DNA of 64,000 nucleotides from Promethearchaeia archaeon (GTDB lineage: Archaea > Asgardarchaeota > Lokiarchaeia > Sigyniarchaeales > SOKP01), in the NCBI GenBank assembly GCA_029856125.1, contig JAHQWJ010000080.1:90576-154575 (forward strand), read 5' to 3'. Positions within the stretch are counted from its first letter, which is position 1. Every line of letters starts with the position of its first letter. The translations under genes were made by a program, and so were the position numbers. Below the pieces are notes generated by a model, which ran no database searches, was not told the DNA's origin, and saw only the letters and a program-made list of their open reading frames with translations. Of this stretch, positions 9,864 through 22,032 are shown one piece after another.

Positions 9864-10760
9864 TCACCCCCATAACGATTGCATACTATCTAGAGCATTA
9901 ACTTTTTTCCCATTCTCAATTAATGACGAAAAATCTTCCCCCCATTCTTTACATATAAATGACGTTATTCTCTCGATATGCGCGTAATCATAATCTATAG
10001 TTTCCATAAGCGTTTTACTCCCAATTTTTGTATTAATTTCAATATTATTTAATAAATTTAACCTAGAAAAAATAAAAAAAGCTCTCTTAGACCCAGAATA
10101 AAAATTTTGTATCTCCTTTTTAAAAATATTACGTTTCAATTCTTCCTTTTCAACATTAAAATCCAGTAGCATCTTAAGTAATTCTTTATCAACATCTTCA
10201 GATTTAACTTTCTCAAATAGAACCCGCTTCATTTTTGTTATAGATTTTTCAGTATCTTGAGATATTTTTTGTAAGACTTCTTTTTCAAAATTAAGATCGA
10301 GTAACTTCCAATTAAACCCAATAAAATCTATTGAAACAGAATTTGAAAAGAAACTAATACTTAAGAAAAGATTAATTTTCTTTTTAACGCTATTAATAAA
10401 TTTTTGAATTTTTTCCTTTTGTGCTGGTATTTCAATTCCAATTAACCAAGAATTAAAGTTTTCAAATTGGTTTAAAGCCTTAAGTGCAACAGTTGTCGGA
10501 CATCTTATATGTGTTCGCTGTGAGTTATAATCCATATTTTCATTCATAATTAAATTTGTATATTCAATATCTGAAATAAAATCAGTGTAGAATACTAACT
10601 CTTTACGAAAATGAATTAAGTCCGATAGATCTATTATAAAATTATTAACTTCTTCCGCCTCATCACCATATACAATTATTGGTATTCTATTTAACAGGCT
10701 ATATAGAATTAATGATGTATCTGGTGCTTTCAGTCTTTCTAGGAATTTAAAAAAACTCAT
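9864..10760 (-). CDS. Hypothetical protein, possibly DENN-core-like
   Basis: 'ILYSLLNRIPIIVYGDEAEEVNNFIIDLSDLI' and 'WLIGI' resemble cDENN motifs; in an operon with a roadblock protein and a GTPase. Confidence 0.5.
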   Translation of the reverse strand: MSFFKFLERLKAPDTSLILYSLLNRIPIIVYGDEAEEVNNFIIDLSDLIHFRKELVFYTDFISDIEYTNLIMNENMDYNSQRTHIRCPTTVALKALNQFENFNSWLIGIEIPAQKEKIQKFINSVKKKINLFLSISFFSNSVSIDFIGFNWKLLDLNFEKEVLQKISQDTEKSITKMKRVLFEKVKSEDVDKELLKMLLDFNVEKEELKRNIFKKEIQNFYSGSKRAFFIFSRLNLLNNIEINTKIGSKTLMETIDYDYAHIERITSFICKEWGEDFSSLIENGKKVNALDSMQSLWG

Positions 10761-10772
10761 TTTTTCACCTAA

Positions 10773-11777
10773 CTATTTAATAACGAATTCCCCAAGCATA
10801 CTTTTAATATCAAATACATTCTGATTCTGAATTTCAGACGCTTGTTTGATGAGATTACGTATTTTTCTCGAAAATTGAGGAAGAATTAGCCTTATTAAGC
10901 CCAGTTTTTGTCTGGATTTCCCTATCTCAGTACTAAATATGGCTTTTCCCAAACCGTGAATAAATTGAAACTTGTTTTCACAATCTAATAAAATGCTATC
11001 TGCGTTCATCTTTTTTAGTAACCAAGCACATCGATTTGCAGTTTGGAAAAGCGAATAGCTCATCGCGGAAATATTATCTAAATTTTCTCCCTTATTCTCG
11101 GTTTCTTTTAAAATTTTAGATGCTATAAACCCCCCCTCTATAGTAACATAAGCAAATTTTAAATCAGGAATTGCAATAGAGAAGTTATTTAAAACTTTTC
11201 TTAGTTCCATTGAGATACTTTCTGAAAGATTTAATGAAAATGAGGATACTCTAAAGTTTACATTCTCATTCTCTTTCACATTAAAACCCTCAATTATACT
11301 TTGAATCCGATGATCATCAAACTGAACTAAAGGAGGCTTAAACGATTCACCAGAAGTAATTAATGTAGTTTTTATCTTCTTTAAGCACTCGTTGGTTTGT
11401 AAAAAAATACCGCCTAAATTGGTGTTAGGCTGTGCAGTTATAGCAATAAAAAATTCGTGCTTATTGTCGATTATCCCTTGTTGTTGTAGAATTCTATTTA
11501 AAGAATAATGTATTGGGCTATTGAGAGGAGCGATTAAAATTTTTGCTTTTTTTCCTTCTATTAAGATGTACTTCAAATCATTTGGATGTAAATGTATTCC
11601 TACATTAAAAATAGCGCTTGTTGCAGAACTAACATTGAAAATCTCATCCTTAGAAAACCAAACTCCTGCGGATTGAATTGGATTTCCGTCTCTTTGAGTT
11701 AAAACTGCATTTTCTACTCCTTTCAATTGTTTAATTTGATCGAGATGAATACCAATTTTTTCCTTTAAATCCATCAT
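10773..11777 (-). CDS. Tandem roadblock/LC7 (MglB-like) domain protein
   Basis: Two repeats: 'GVENAVLTQRDGNPIQS...NLGGIFL' and 'FAYVTIEGGFIAS...ISAMS...KLGLIRL'. Confidence 0.85.
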   Translation of the reverse strand: MMDLKEKIGIHLDQIKQLKGVENAVLTQRDGNPIQSAGVWFSKDEIFNVSSATSAIFNVGIHLHPNDLKYILIEGKKAKILIAPLNSPIHYSLNRILQQQGIIDNKHEFFIAITAQPNTNLGGIFLQTNECLKKIKTTLITSGESFKPPLVQFDDHRIQSIIEGFNVKENENVNFRVSSFSLNLSESISMELRKVLNNFSIAIPDLKFAYVTIEGGFIASKILKETENKGENLDNISAMSYSLFQTANRCAWLLKKMNADSILLDCENKFQFIHGLGKAIFSTEIGKSRQKLGLIRLILPQFSRKIRNLIKQASEIQNQNVFDIKSMLGEFVIK

Positions 11778-12129
11778 TTTTCGGTCAGCTCCTTTATTAT
11801 TGTGTTATTTTTTAGTCTCAACATAGATTTTTAAACTACGATTTTTTGTAGAGGAGTCCTTTGAAAAATTAGCAAAATGAAAAAATTTAAAATGAATCTT
11901 ACTTATATAATAGTATAACAAATCGCATCTCTACCGGTGTGAGCTTGGATTACGGTACGATACCGTTAGATGAAGAGTCATTTCATTGATGCGATATAAA
12001 AAATGTAGTTATAATTTAATCAGTTATAACTGAAGGAAGTTTAATTAAGAATCCTAATGTAAGTGAGAATTTGAGAAAAAAAAAAAATTCCAAATTTAAG
12101 TAATAACTATGTTATTGCGACAAATAATT

Positions 12130-13623
<1,494 letters not shown>

Positions 13624-13691
13624 TTTTTAAATATTTTAATACTTTCTAATTTTACAAGGGTTCTTAGTTAACTTTTAATCTTTTTCTATTA

Positions 13692-13793
13692 GGGCCTGTA
13701 GATCAGTAGCAGATCGCTTGACGCACAATAAACTATTCGTTTAGTGCAAGAGTTGCACTCAAGAGGTCACGGGTTCAATTCCCGTCAGGTCCA
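13692..13793 (+). tRNA. tRNA-Ala(TGC) with 30-nt BHB intron at 32/33 (13723-13752)
   Basis: G3:U70 acceptor GGGCCTG/CAGGTCC; removing the intron (CTTG/CAAG central helix) gives loop CT-TGC-AC. Confidence 0.9.
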
Positions 13794-14121
13794 CTTAATA
13801 TGCGCTAAAATCAAAAAGTAAAAAACTATCTATCAAAATAAAACCGTGCAACTAGCAGTTAATAAATAAAAAATTCTAACTTCTTAATAAATTCAAATAG
13901 AATAGAAAAAAATCAGAAATTTTTTTAAAATACATTATATTTTATAAATTAATTATATGACGTTAAAAAGTTATTTTTTACTGATTTTATTATTTATCTT
14001 TCAAATAGATTTGAGCCCAGAGCAACAAAGTTTTAATTTTATTTTAGTACTTTTAGGGATATTGTTGCTGATAATAATCTTAGTCTATATTTTGTTGACT
14101 TCCAAGCAAGAATAATCCGTC

Positions 14122-15333
14122 TTATTTAGCAGTAACAATTTTAATTATATCATTATGTTTTAATTCATAGTTTTCTCCTAACCTTCTCTTTGTTCTAGCA
14201 TCGATCCCAAAAATAAAGTGATCTGCTAAATCAGTATGGATTTTTTCTCTAACAAAATCTCTTAACAATGTACCTTTCTTTACCAAAAATGCGTCTGGTA
14301 AAATATTCCCTTTATTATCTGAAAATTTATTAATATCAGATATTGGGTAAACACAAATTTGGTTTAATATTGAAAATACCGTAAAATTTAGTACTGCTTG
14401 AACACCTGTTTCATTAAAACGATTAATGATCTTCTCTTGAATGCTTTTTAATCCTTCCAATTCATTATGATTGAATCCTTCATTATTTAAAATTCTAAAA
14501 CTATCCGAACCAGGTATGTATTCGATTTTCTTTTCTTGGTGATAAGTTTTTAGATAAAATTCTGCCAAAGCGCTACAAGGTATTATTTTCTCAGTATATT
14601 TTTTCTTCAATTTAGTGAAGTTTTCCATCCCATTTTCTCTATCAATTTTATTTGCTACGACGATGATAGGTTTTGATTTCTCTCTTAAAATTTTAGAAAA
14701 ATTTAAAAGATCTTTATCTAACCATAATGATGGATTTATATCTTCTAAATCAGGGGTTTTTAGAGCCTGATTGATTTGTTTTCTATTAATCTTTATACCA
14801 GAAAGTCTTTTATAAAGTTCCTCGATAAAATTTTTTTTTTCCCGTGCGTGTGATTTCAGGAATTTATCCCAATCCTCTCTTTCTAATATCTGTTTAAACC
14901 ACAGATTAATCTCTTTTTCAAGAAATAAAATGTCATCGTAAGGATCATTTTCACCCATTTTTATTCTTTTACCCGTCTCATCTAAAGATCCACTAATGTC
15001 GATTATATGAATAAGAGCATCTGCTCTAATTAAATCGTTAAGGAATTGATTTCCTAACCCTTTTCCTTTATGGGCATCTGGAACCAATCCCGCTACATCG
15101 AGTACATTAACAGGAATAAAACGATTTCCATTAACACAGTAAGAATTTTTTGGATTATCGTCAACATTCAAATCTTGGCAAACACACTTCGTTTTTATAT
15201 ACGCTACCCCTTTATTTGGTTCTATCGTAGTAAAAGGTAACTCACTCACTTTAGCATTAGTTAAACAAGCAGCATTTAAAAAAGTCGACTTGCCTGCACT
15301 TGGTTTTCCAACTATACCTATTAAAAAAGTCAT
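14122..15333 (-). CDS. ychF: YchF/Obg-family ATPase with TGS domain
   Basis: [23 protein letters not shown], 'GLGNQFL', NKID, 'IHTDL'. Confidence 0.92.
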   Translation of the reverse strand: MTFLIGIVGKPSAGKSTFLNAACLTNAKVSELPFTTIEPNKGVAYIKTKCVCQDLNVDDNPKNSYCVNGNRFIPVNVLDVAGLVPDAHKGKGLGNQFLNDLIRADALIHIIDISGSLDETGKRIKMGENDPYDDILFLEKEINLWFKQILEREDWDKFLKSHAREKKNFIEELYKRLSGIKINRKQINQALKTPDLEDINPSLWLDKDLLNFSKILREKSKPIIVVANKIDRENGMENFTKLKKKYTEKIIPCSALAEFYLKTYHQEKKIEYIPGSDSFRILNNEGFNHNELEGLKSIQEKIINRFNETGVQAVLNFTVFSILNQICVYPISDINKFSDNKGNILPDAFLVKKGTLLRDFVREKIHTDLADHFIFGIDARTKRRLGENYELKHNDIIKIVTAK

Positions 15334-15365
15334 TAATGAGTAAAAGAATTTTATTGTCTTAAAAA

Positions 15366-17132
15366 TTATTTGTGTTTTTCCTGATCGGTGTACAACTTCT
15401 TGATGTATATATCAAATTCGCAATTTTCATCTCCATTAATGACATCCACTAAATCGCTATTAAGTGAAGGATCTAAATCATCAATTTCTTTAGGACATAT
15501 ATCATTTTCATTTTTAAGCTTATTTCTAAAGGACTTTATATGCAAAATAGCTTTAAATATCAAAACTTTAATCTTACCATAATTATGAATTACTGGATTA
15601 TTAGATTTATGAGCGTCTAACAACATTAAATCGGAATTCTTTTGTTGTTTATCTAAAATCTCCTCGTTTTTTCTATATATCTCTGAAACTGTTAGAGGGT
15701 TCCGTTTTATGTAAGGAATTCCAAGTAGAAACGGTTCCTTTATTGAATTCACCCGGATAATACATTGCCCTTCATCTAATATAGATAAGTAACTTTTCTT
15801 TTCAAATTCTAAATTTAAAAGTTCACACATGATGTCTTTTTCTATATGATTTTTGAAAGTTACCACTACTCCATTATTCGCTAATATCTCCTTACTAATA
15901 TTTGGGCGAGTTGCTATAGTTATTAAACATTCTCCTGTACCTCTCTGCAATAGAGCAATGTCTTCTAAATAACTCGTCAATTTTGACTTTTTGGTTAAAC
16001 CTTGAGGGGCAAAATACTGAGCATCTTCAATTATAGTGATATGATTTATTCCATCATAATTAATTGCACCCCTCGTTAAATTCCTATCCCATAAATACTT
16101 TAAAACCATGTTTAAGAAGAATAGCGCATCTTCCTTTTCGCCTCCAAGCCGGATAATAGAACTCAAGTCTAATATAACTTTCTTATTAAAGAGTTGTGAT
16201 ACTGTGAGTTTAGAATTCGAATCGAATACAGCTCTCATTGGTCCAACAGCGAATCTCCTAATTCTATTATTTAAACTAATGAGAGTTTGTTTTAGCATAG
16301 GAATTTTATCTCTTTCGTTTTTTAAATAAGCACTACTACATTCTTGAAATCCTTCCCAACTCCTGAAGTCTTTGTTTTCACACACTTGTGTAAGGATATC
16401 AATTAAAACTCTTTCCATTTGAGGTGAATATTCAGCTTTATCGTCTAAAAATTGACCACTTCTAATTATATCAAAAATTCTTTCAGCATGGATCTTTGGA
16501 TTAGCTCCCAAGGGATCGAATAAATTTATCGAAAAATTTTCACCTGGCCAAAGAATTATTAAGTCCTTTATGTTTTCTTGCAAAAAGTGATACTCTCCCT
16601 TAAATTCTACTAAAAAAAAAGGTTTTTTAAATTGTTTCATAATATTAATGAGAAAATTTTGCACAAAATTGCTTTTTCCCGTACCTGTTGAACCACAAAT
16701 AAACATATGTTTTTCAAGGTCATTGAATGATAATAAAAAATTGCATTTCTTAGAGGTTCCTTTTACTATTCTTCCAATTTTAATAGATCCATCCTTTGAA
16801 ACTTTACTTGAAGGAATCTCTAATTCTATTAATGATTTGTCAATCTTGAAGCAATTTAGTAAATATAGGATGGCGGAACAACAGAAGATAATAACAGTAA
16901 TATTAAAACTAAATACTTCAGTAATATAATATGTAAAGTTTTCTAACACGTAATCAGAATCTTGTAAAAGAAACAAAGGAAACTCGGACAATAAAAAAAA
17001 GATTGTGACGAAAAATCCCACTAATATAAAGGATTTAATCTTGAAGGAATTATAACCTCTTTTCTTATAGAAATAATACGCTAAGTTTGTTATGAGGCAT
17101 ATTGATGTTAAAATAAAAAAACTACTAACCAT
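15366..17132 (-). CDS. Membrane-anchored HerA/DUF87-type (VirB4/TraD-like) ATPase
   Basis: Three N-terminal TM segments, 'KHMFICGSTGTGKS', Walker B-like 'IIEDAQ', 'ATRP', 'GQCII'. Confidence 0.75.
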   Translation of the reverse strand: MVSSFFILTSICLITNLAYYFYKKRGYNSFKIKSFILVGFFVTIFFLLSEFPLFLLQDSDYVLENFTYYITEVFSFNITVIIFCCSAILYLLNCFKIDKSLIELEIPSSKVSKDGSIKIGRIVKGTSKKCNFLLSFNDLEKHMFICGSTGTGKSNFVQNFLINIMKQFKKPFFLVEFKGEYHFLQENIKDLIILWPGENFSINLFDPLGANPKIHAERIFDIIRSGQFLDDKAEYSPQMERVLIDILTQVCENKDFRSWEGFQECSSAYLKNERDKIPMLKQTLISLNNRIRRFAVGPMRAVFDSNSKLTVSQLFNKKVILDLSSIIRLGGEKEDALFFLNMVLKYLWDRNLTRGAINYDGINHITIIEDAQYFAPQGLTKKSKLTSYLEDIALLQRGTGECLITIATRPNISKEILANNGVVVTFKNHIEKDIMCELLNLEFEKKSYLSILDEGQCIIRVNSIKEPFLLGIPYIKRNPLTVSEIYRKNEEILDKQQKNSDLMLLDAHKSNNPVIHNYGKIKVLIFKAILHIKSFRNKLKNENDICPKEIDDLDPSLNSDLVDVINGDENCEFDIYIKKLYTDQEKHK

Positions 17133-17464
17133 TTAAAATTTATTTGATAAAGAAGTTTTAAACTACACATACTTTTATTTTGATTAATAAAAATTCGTAA
17201 AAAATTCAACAAAATTATTAAATAAAATCAGATATCACTTGAATTGTTTTTTTATAGCAAAAATTTTGCCGGCTATTAATTCGGGTAAACAGTTTTTTAT
17301 TTAACTGCTAAATTCTAATGTTTTTAAGCCTCATTAAAACTTTTCATCTTAGAAACTATGATAAAATTTATTTTTCGAAAAGTTTTTTAGTTTTATGACT
17401 TAGAGATCATTATATAATTAATAAATAATAACAAAGTAAAATATCGAAATAAAGTGATTAAAAT

Positions 17465-19066
17465 ATGGCACAGTTATCTGGGGTACCTATCCTAATCTTA
17501 AAAGAAGGTGCAGAAAGAAAACAAGGAAAGGATGCCCAAAGAAATAATATAGCTGCAGCTAAAGCGGTAGCAGAAGCTGTAAGAACCACCCTAGGCCCAA
17601 AAGGAATGGATAAAATGCTCGTTGATTCACTAGGAGATGTTACAATTACAAACGACGGAGCAACGATTCTTGATACAATTGATGTCGAACATCCCGCCGC
17701 AAAAATGATTGTAGAGGTTGCTAAAACGCAAGATGATAAAGTTGGAGATGGAACAACCACAAGCGTAATCATCGCTGGAGAATTATTAAATCTTGCTGAA
17801 GAACTAATAGAACAAGGTGTACACCCATCCATTATTTTCAGAGGTTATCGAAAAGCTTTAGTAAAAGCTAAGCAAATATTACAAGATTTAGCAATAAAAG
17901 TTGAGAGCAATGACACTCAAACCCTAATAAAAGTAGCAGAGACCTCAATGAATAGCAAATTGATTGCGGGTGTTAAAAATCATTTTGCTGATATCGCAGT
18001 TAGAGCTGTAAGTCAAGTTAAAGAGGAAAGAGGCGGAAATATATTAATAGATTTAGATCAAATTCAAATTATCAAAAAAGCGGGAAAAAGCTTACTAGAT
18101 ACAAATTTGATCGAGGGGATCATTGTAGATAAAGAAATCGTACATCCTATGATGCCAAAATCTCTTAGAAACGCGAAGATTGCATTAATCAGCTCTTCTC
18201 TTGAGGTGGAAAAAACTGAATTTGATGCTGAAATTAGAATACAAACACCTGATCAAATAAATAAGTTCCTCGAAGAAGAATCTAATATGTTAAAGTCTCG
18301 AGTAAATAAACTTAAGGATGTGGGTGCAAATGTTGTTTTTTGTCAGAAAGGCATTGACGACAAAGCTCAAAACTATCTCGCTCAAGAAAATATTATTACC
18401 ATACGTAGAGTGAAACGTTCTGATATGGAAAAACTTGCTCGAGCTACAAATGCAAAAATAATAAACAATATATTTGAAGTTACAAGCGACGATTTAGGAA
18501 AGGCTGGGAAAGTAGAAGAAAAGAAAATTGGTGATGATAATATGATTTTCGTTTCAGAATGTACCAATCCTAAAGCAGTTAGTATTTTAATAAGAGCAGG
18601 CATTGAACATGTAGTAGATGAGGCAGAAAGAATGCTTCATGATGCATTATCTGTAGTAAGGGCGGCGATTGAAAACCCATATATATTACCCGGTGGCGGT
18701 GCTTCTGAAATCGAGCTCGCTAAGCGTTTGAGGCCTTATGCACAGTCAATTGGTGGAAGAGAACAATTAGCAATCGAAGTTTATGCTAACGCCTTGGAAA
18801 TTATCCCGAAAACTTTGGTTGAAAATGCGGGTTATAACCCTGTTGATTTGATAGTTGAATTACGCTCAAAACACGAATCAGAATCTGGAAACTCATATGG
18901 AATAAATATGCGTTTAGGGAAACCGGATAATATGGAAAACCTGGGTATTATCGAGCCATTGATGATATTATCTCAAGCTATTCAATCAGCTACAGAAGTA
19001 GCTTCAATGATTTTAAAAATAGACGATGTAATTGCTGCTTCCGGACTTTCAAAGGGTCACGATTAA
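17465..19066 (+). CDS. ths: Thermosome (group II chaperonin) subunit
   Basis: [31 protein letters not shown]. Confidence 0.97.
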   Translation: MAQLSGVPILILKEGAERKQGKDAQRNNIAAAKAVAEAVRTTLGPKGMDKMLVDSLGDVTITNDGATILDTIDVEHPAAKMIVEVAKTQDDKVGDGTTTSVIIAGELLNLAEELIEQGVHPSIIFRGYRKALVKAKQILQDLAIKVESNDTQTLIKVAETSMNSKLIAGVKNHFADIAVRAVSQVKEERGGNILIDLDQIQIIKKAGKSLLDTNLIEGIIVDKEIVHPMMPKSLRNAKIALISSSLEVEKTEFDAEIRIQTPDQINKFLEEESNMLKSRVNKLKDVGANVVFCQKGIDDKAQNYLAQENIITIRRVKRSDMEKLARATNAKIINNIFEVTSDDLGKAGKVEEKKIGDDNMIFVSECTNPKAVSILIRAGIEHVVDEAERMLHDALSVVRAAIENPYILPGGGASEIELAKRLRPYAQSIGGREQLAIEVYANALEIIPKTLVENAGYNPVDLIVELRSKHESESGNSYGINMRLGKPDNMENLGIIEPLMILSQAIQSATEVASMILKIDDVIAASGLSKGHD

Positions 19067-19118
19067 TAATCAAATTTCTTTTTCTTATTCTTTTTTTTCT
19101 AAAATTTAAAAATATATA

Positions 19119-19580
19119 CTAAAAGTTGTTTATCCTCTTAAATTCAGCTCCCCAAGAGAATTTAGAGAGAATTAGATCGGCATATTCACTATAATTTGTA
19201 ATATACAATGCTGCTGCCAACGCCTCAGCTGAACTTAATTTTTCCCACTTACCATAATTTACAGGATTTGACGCGATTAAAGAAGGTAATTTCCTGCTAT
19301 TCCGTAAATTGATATTTTTAAGATCAAAAATTTTTTTCCAAGAGCAATCTACAACCATAAGCCCATAGTTTTCAACAATAGTTCGATCGTTAATGTTTAT
19401 GGCTTTTTTGGATAGAGGATTAAGAATAAGAGAATTACGGCTTTTTCCTTTAATGTCAGAAACAATTTCTAAAATACCGAATTTCTTTAATTTTAGAGCT
19501 GTGCACTTTTTTCTGTCACACTCATTAAGGTGAAGACACACTATCTTTGGAATGGAATCCTTTGAACTCTGTTTAGTCAT
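19119..19580 (-). CDS. tsr3: 16S rRNA aminocarboxypropyltransferase Tsr3 (DUF367)
   Basis: 'ECDRKKCTA', 'DCSW', 'NPVNYGK...LSSAEALAAAL', 'FSWG'. Confidence 0.92.
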   Translation of the reverse strand: MTKQSSKDSIPKIVCLHLNECDRKKCTALKLKKFGILEIVSDIKGKSRNSLILNPLSKKAININDRTIVENYGLMVVDCSWKKIFDLKNINLRNSRKLPSLIASNPVNYGKWEKLSSAEALAAALYITNYSEYADLILSKFSWGAEFKRINNF

Positions 19581-20571
19581 ACTTGAAACTTGTAAGGACG
19601 TTAACTGACTTAATAAAATTATCAGTGATTTTTTCTGAGCCTATTATTTTCATTATAGAAAATATTATGTTCCTTGATTCACACATAATTGGAATACCTC
19701 CATATGAAAGTGTAAACAACGCTACAAAAGATATTTCTTCAGCATTGAGAGTTCCTTCTACTTCTGAAAATTTCAATCTTCCGGAAGGACTAGTTATAAT
19801 ACCGAAGAAATTCTCAGGATCTTGCCCAGATATCGCAATATAACATAATAAATCTCCGATCGAGCTTCCTTCAGATTCCTCTTTCATTTTCTGAAAAGCA
19901 ACATTAGCACTTGCAGAAAAGGCTTCTACAGAAATCTCTAGCTTCTGACCACTAACTTCTCTTGCATCTAAAGTTAACCCTGTTGGACTCACTAGACTGT
20001 ATCTTATAAAAATAGGATTCTGAATCGAATCCAGAATGTAACTTATCGCGGGTAAGAGGTTAGTCTGGTCAAATTTTTCTGGTGCATAAGAAATGAAAGG
20101 AACTTCAGATCCCATACCAAAGAGGTAAACTGCACTTCGTACTTTGTTTGAAAATTCTTCAAAATCTCTATCTGTTTCATTATTATTACCAAAAAACTCT
20201 CCAAGTTTTTGTTTTATATAATACATAGAGCTTGCTAGATTATCAGCATCTAAAGGCCATTCTTTCCGATAATCGTGAACTATAGTTAGCAGAGTTTCAT
20301 TAATCCTAATTGTTATTAAACAAACTTTGTCAAAAAATGTAAAGGAAATAACTTGATCTTTAATATTTAGGTCTTCCCAACTTTCTTCGCTTGCTGAGAA
20401 CGCTGCTGAAGCCAAACTTGTAATTTGGTTAGGATTAATCTCAATCTCGCTTTTTCTCCCAATTTTTGCGATAGAAAGCCCATTTAAATCACAAAGTATC
20501 ACTAAAATTGTACCTTGAGATGCCCTTAAGATTGAAGTTAAATACTTTATTAAAGAATCTCTCACACTCAT
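19573..20571 (-). CDS. Roadblock-domain protein (probably two roadblock-like modules)
   Basis: 'VILCDLNGLSIA...ITSLASAAFSAS' and a second 'SLVSPTGLTL...AFSASANVAF' repeat. Confidence 0.7.
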   Translation of the reverse strand: MSVRDSLIKYLTSILRASQGTILVILCDLNGLSIAKIGRKSEIEINPNQITSLASAAFSASEESWEDLNIKDQVISFTFFDKVCLITIRINETLLTIVHDYRKEWPLDADNLASSMYYIKQKLGEFFGNNNETDRDFEEFSNKVRSAVYLFGMGSEVPFISYAPEKFDQTNLLPAISYILDSIQNPIFIRYSLVSPTGLTLDAREVSGQKLEISVEAFSASANVAFQKMKEESEGSSIGDLLCYIAISGQDPENFFGIITSPSGRLKFSEVEGTLNAEEISFVALFTLSYGGIPIMCESRNIIFSIMKIIGSEKITDNFIKSVNVLTSFKYD

Positions 20572-20766
20572 AAAAAAACCATACCTTTTCTATCTTTCCC
20601 ATTTATTCTTTCTGCTTTAATAACAATAATATTAATTCTTAAATATTTCTCATTTTTAATTTTATCCATCAATCTTTTCTCAAATAAATTACCGAAATGA
20701 ACTAAAAAATTTATTTAATGTTTCCCACTTTTAATACTAAAATCATTACATTTTTTTTCTCTGAAA

Positions 20767-20851
20767 GCGGGAGTTGCCAAGTCTGGTCTACGGCGCTGGA
20801 CTTAGAATCCAGTCTCAGAGGAGTTCGGGGGTTCAAATCCCTCCTCCCGCA
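20767..20851 (+). tRNA. tRNA-Leu(TAG) copy 1
   Basis: GCGGGAG/CTCCCGC acceptor, CT-TAG-AA loop, long variable arm. Confidence 0.95.
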
Positions 20852-20967
20852 TTTAATTTATTGAATTTCAGATAATTTTTTATTTATGTTAGACTCTTTC
20901 GCTAAGTGTTTGTGATCAATAAAAGTAAGAAAAAATAGAAATTGAAAGTTAAAAAGGTATTTACTTC

Positions 20968-21651
20968 CTAGCTTCCTTCTTGATGACCATCTATCTCGTT
21001 TTTACTGATATCTTTACTTTCTATCTCATCTAAGTTTTTCCTAACTGTAATCATACTCTCGCCTAAATCATTAGCAACGTCTTGGATAGTTCTGCCTAAA
21101 TCGTAATACTGTGTTTTTATCCATTCCAGTTTTCCCTCGTGAGTATTTCCTATAATTAACTGCGTTTTCTTCAATCTTACTTTTCTTGCTTTACTAGACA
21201 GCAGTTCATCATCGATTTCTTGTAATTTTCCTGATCTTCTAGTTTTTAGCAATTTTGAAGATTTAAGATTTTCTGATCTTTTAACTTCTATTTTTCGTTC
21301 TAAATATTCCAATTTCTCTAATGCTTCATCTCTAATTGTATTCTCGGCTCCACACTTAGCACAAATTATTTCTTCTAATTTAATTACTGCTCCACACGTT
21401 CTACAGTTATAAATCTTCTTGTACAATACATGCTTCCTTTTTTGGATGATTGACACTGCAAATAGTGTTCCCATTATAAGTAAAAAGATTAGAAATGCAA
21501 TTACAGGTATTATTGTTAAGAGCTCTTTAGATCCTCCTGTTAAGTATAAAATATCATCTAATCCCCATATAAGAAAGAATAACCCTACTGCTAAAAATAA
21601 TAAACCTCTCAATATGAGCTTAAATTCTGGTTTCATTCTATTTAACGCCAC
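20968..21651 (-). CDS. 2-TM + Zn-ribbon + C-terminal HTH protein, paralog A
   Basis: Two TM helices, CRTC...CAKC, 'RTIQDVANDLGESMITVRKNL' HTH; likely start MKPEF. Confidence 0.75.
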   Translation of the reverse strand: MALNRMKPEFKLILRGLLFLAVGLFFLIWGLDDILYLTGGSKELLTIIPVIAFLIFLLIMGTLFAVSIIQKRKHVLYKKIYNCRTCGAVIKLEEIICAKCGAENTIRDEALEKLEYLERKIEVKRSENLKSSKLLKTRRSGKLQEIDDELLSSKARKVRLKKTQLIIGNTHEGKLEWIKTQYYDLGRTIQDVANDLGESMITVRKNLDEIESKDISKNEIDGHQEGS

Positions 21652-21837
21652 GTTTATTTTAAGTCATTTTGCAATAATAACCCCTATTACTTAAAAAGTT
21701 CGTTATCAGCGCCATAGATAGTATTAAATACTGAATCTTTAGCAGAGTCAAATTATTTGAGTTTGAGTTGATTTCTAATAATTCTCAATCTTTCCCTCTT
21801 TAAATACTAAAACAATTACAATATTTGTCAGTTTAAT

Positions 21838-21922
21838 GCGGGAATTGCCAAGTCTGGTCTACGGCGCTGGACTTAGAATCCAGTCTCAGAGGAGTTCGAG
21901 GGTTCAAATCCCTCTTCCCGCA
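21838..21922 (+). tRNA. tRNA-Leu(TAG) copy 2
   Basis: GCGGGAA/TTCCCGC acceptor, TAG anticodon. Confidence 0.95.
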
Positions 21923-22032
21923 TTTAGTTTATTGAATTTAAGATAATTTTTTATTTATGTTAGACTCTCTTTCTAATTGTTTGAGATCAATAAAAGTTAA
22001 AAAAATTAGAAATTGAAAATAAAAAAAGGTAT

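Larger units (their letters stand above)
20837..21927. repeat. About 1.09-kb direct repeat, copy 1 (tRNA 3' end, spacer, membrane gene, promoter, tRNA-Leu)
   Basis: Near-identical to 24573-25664 except in the TM2-coding segment. Confidence 0.9.
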
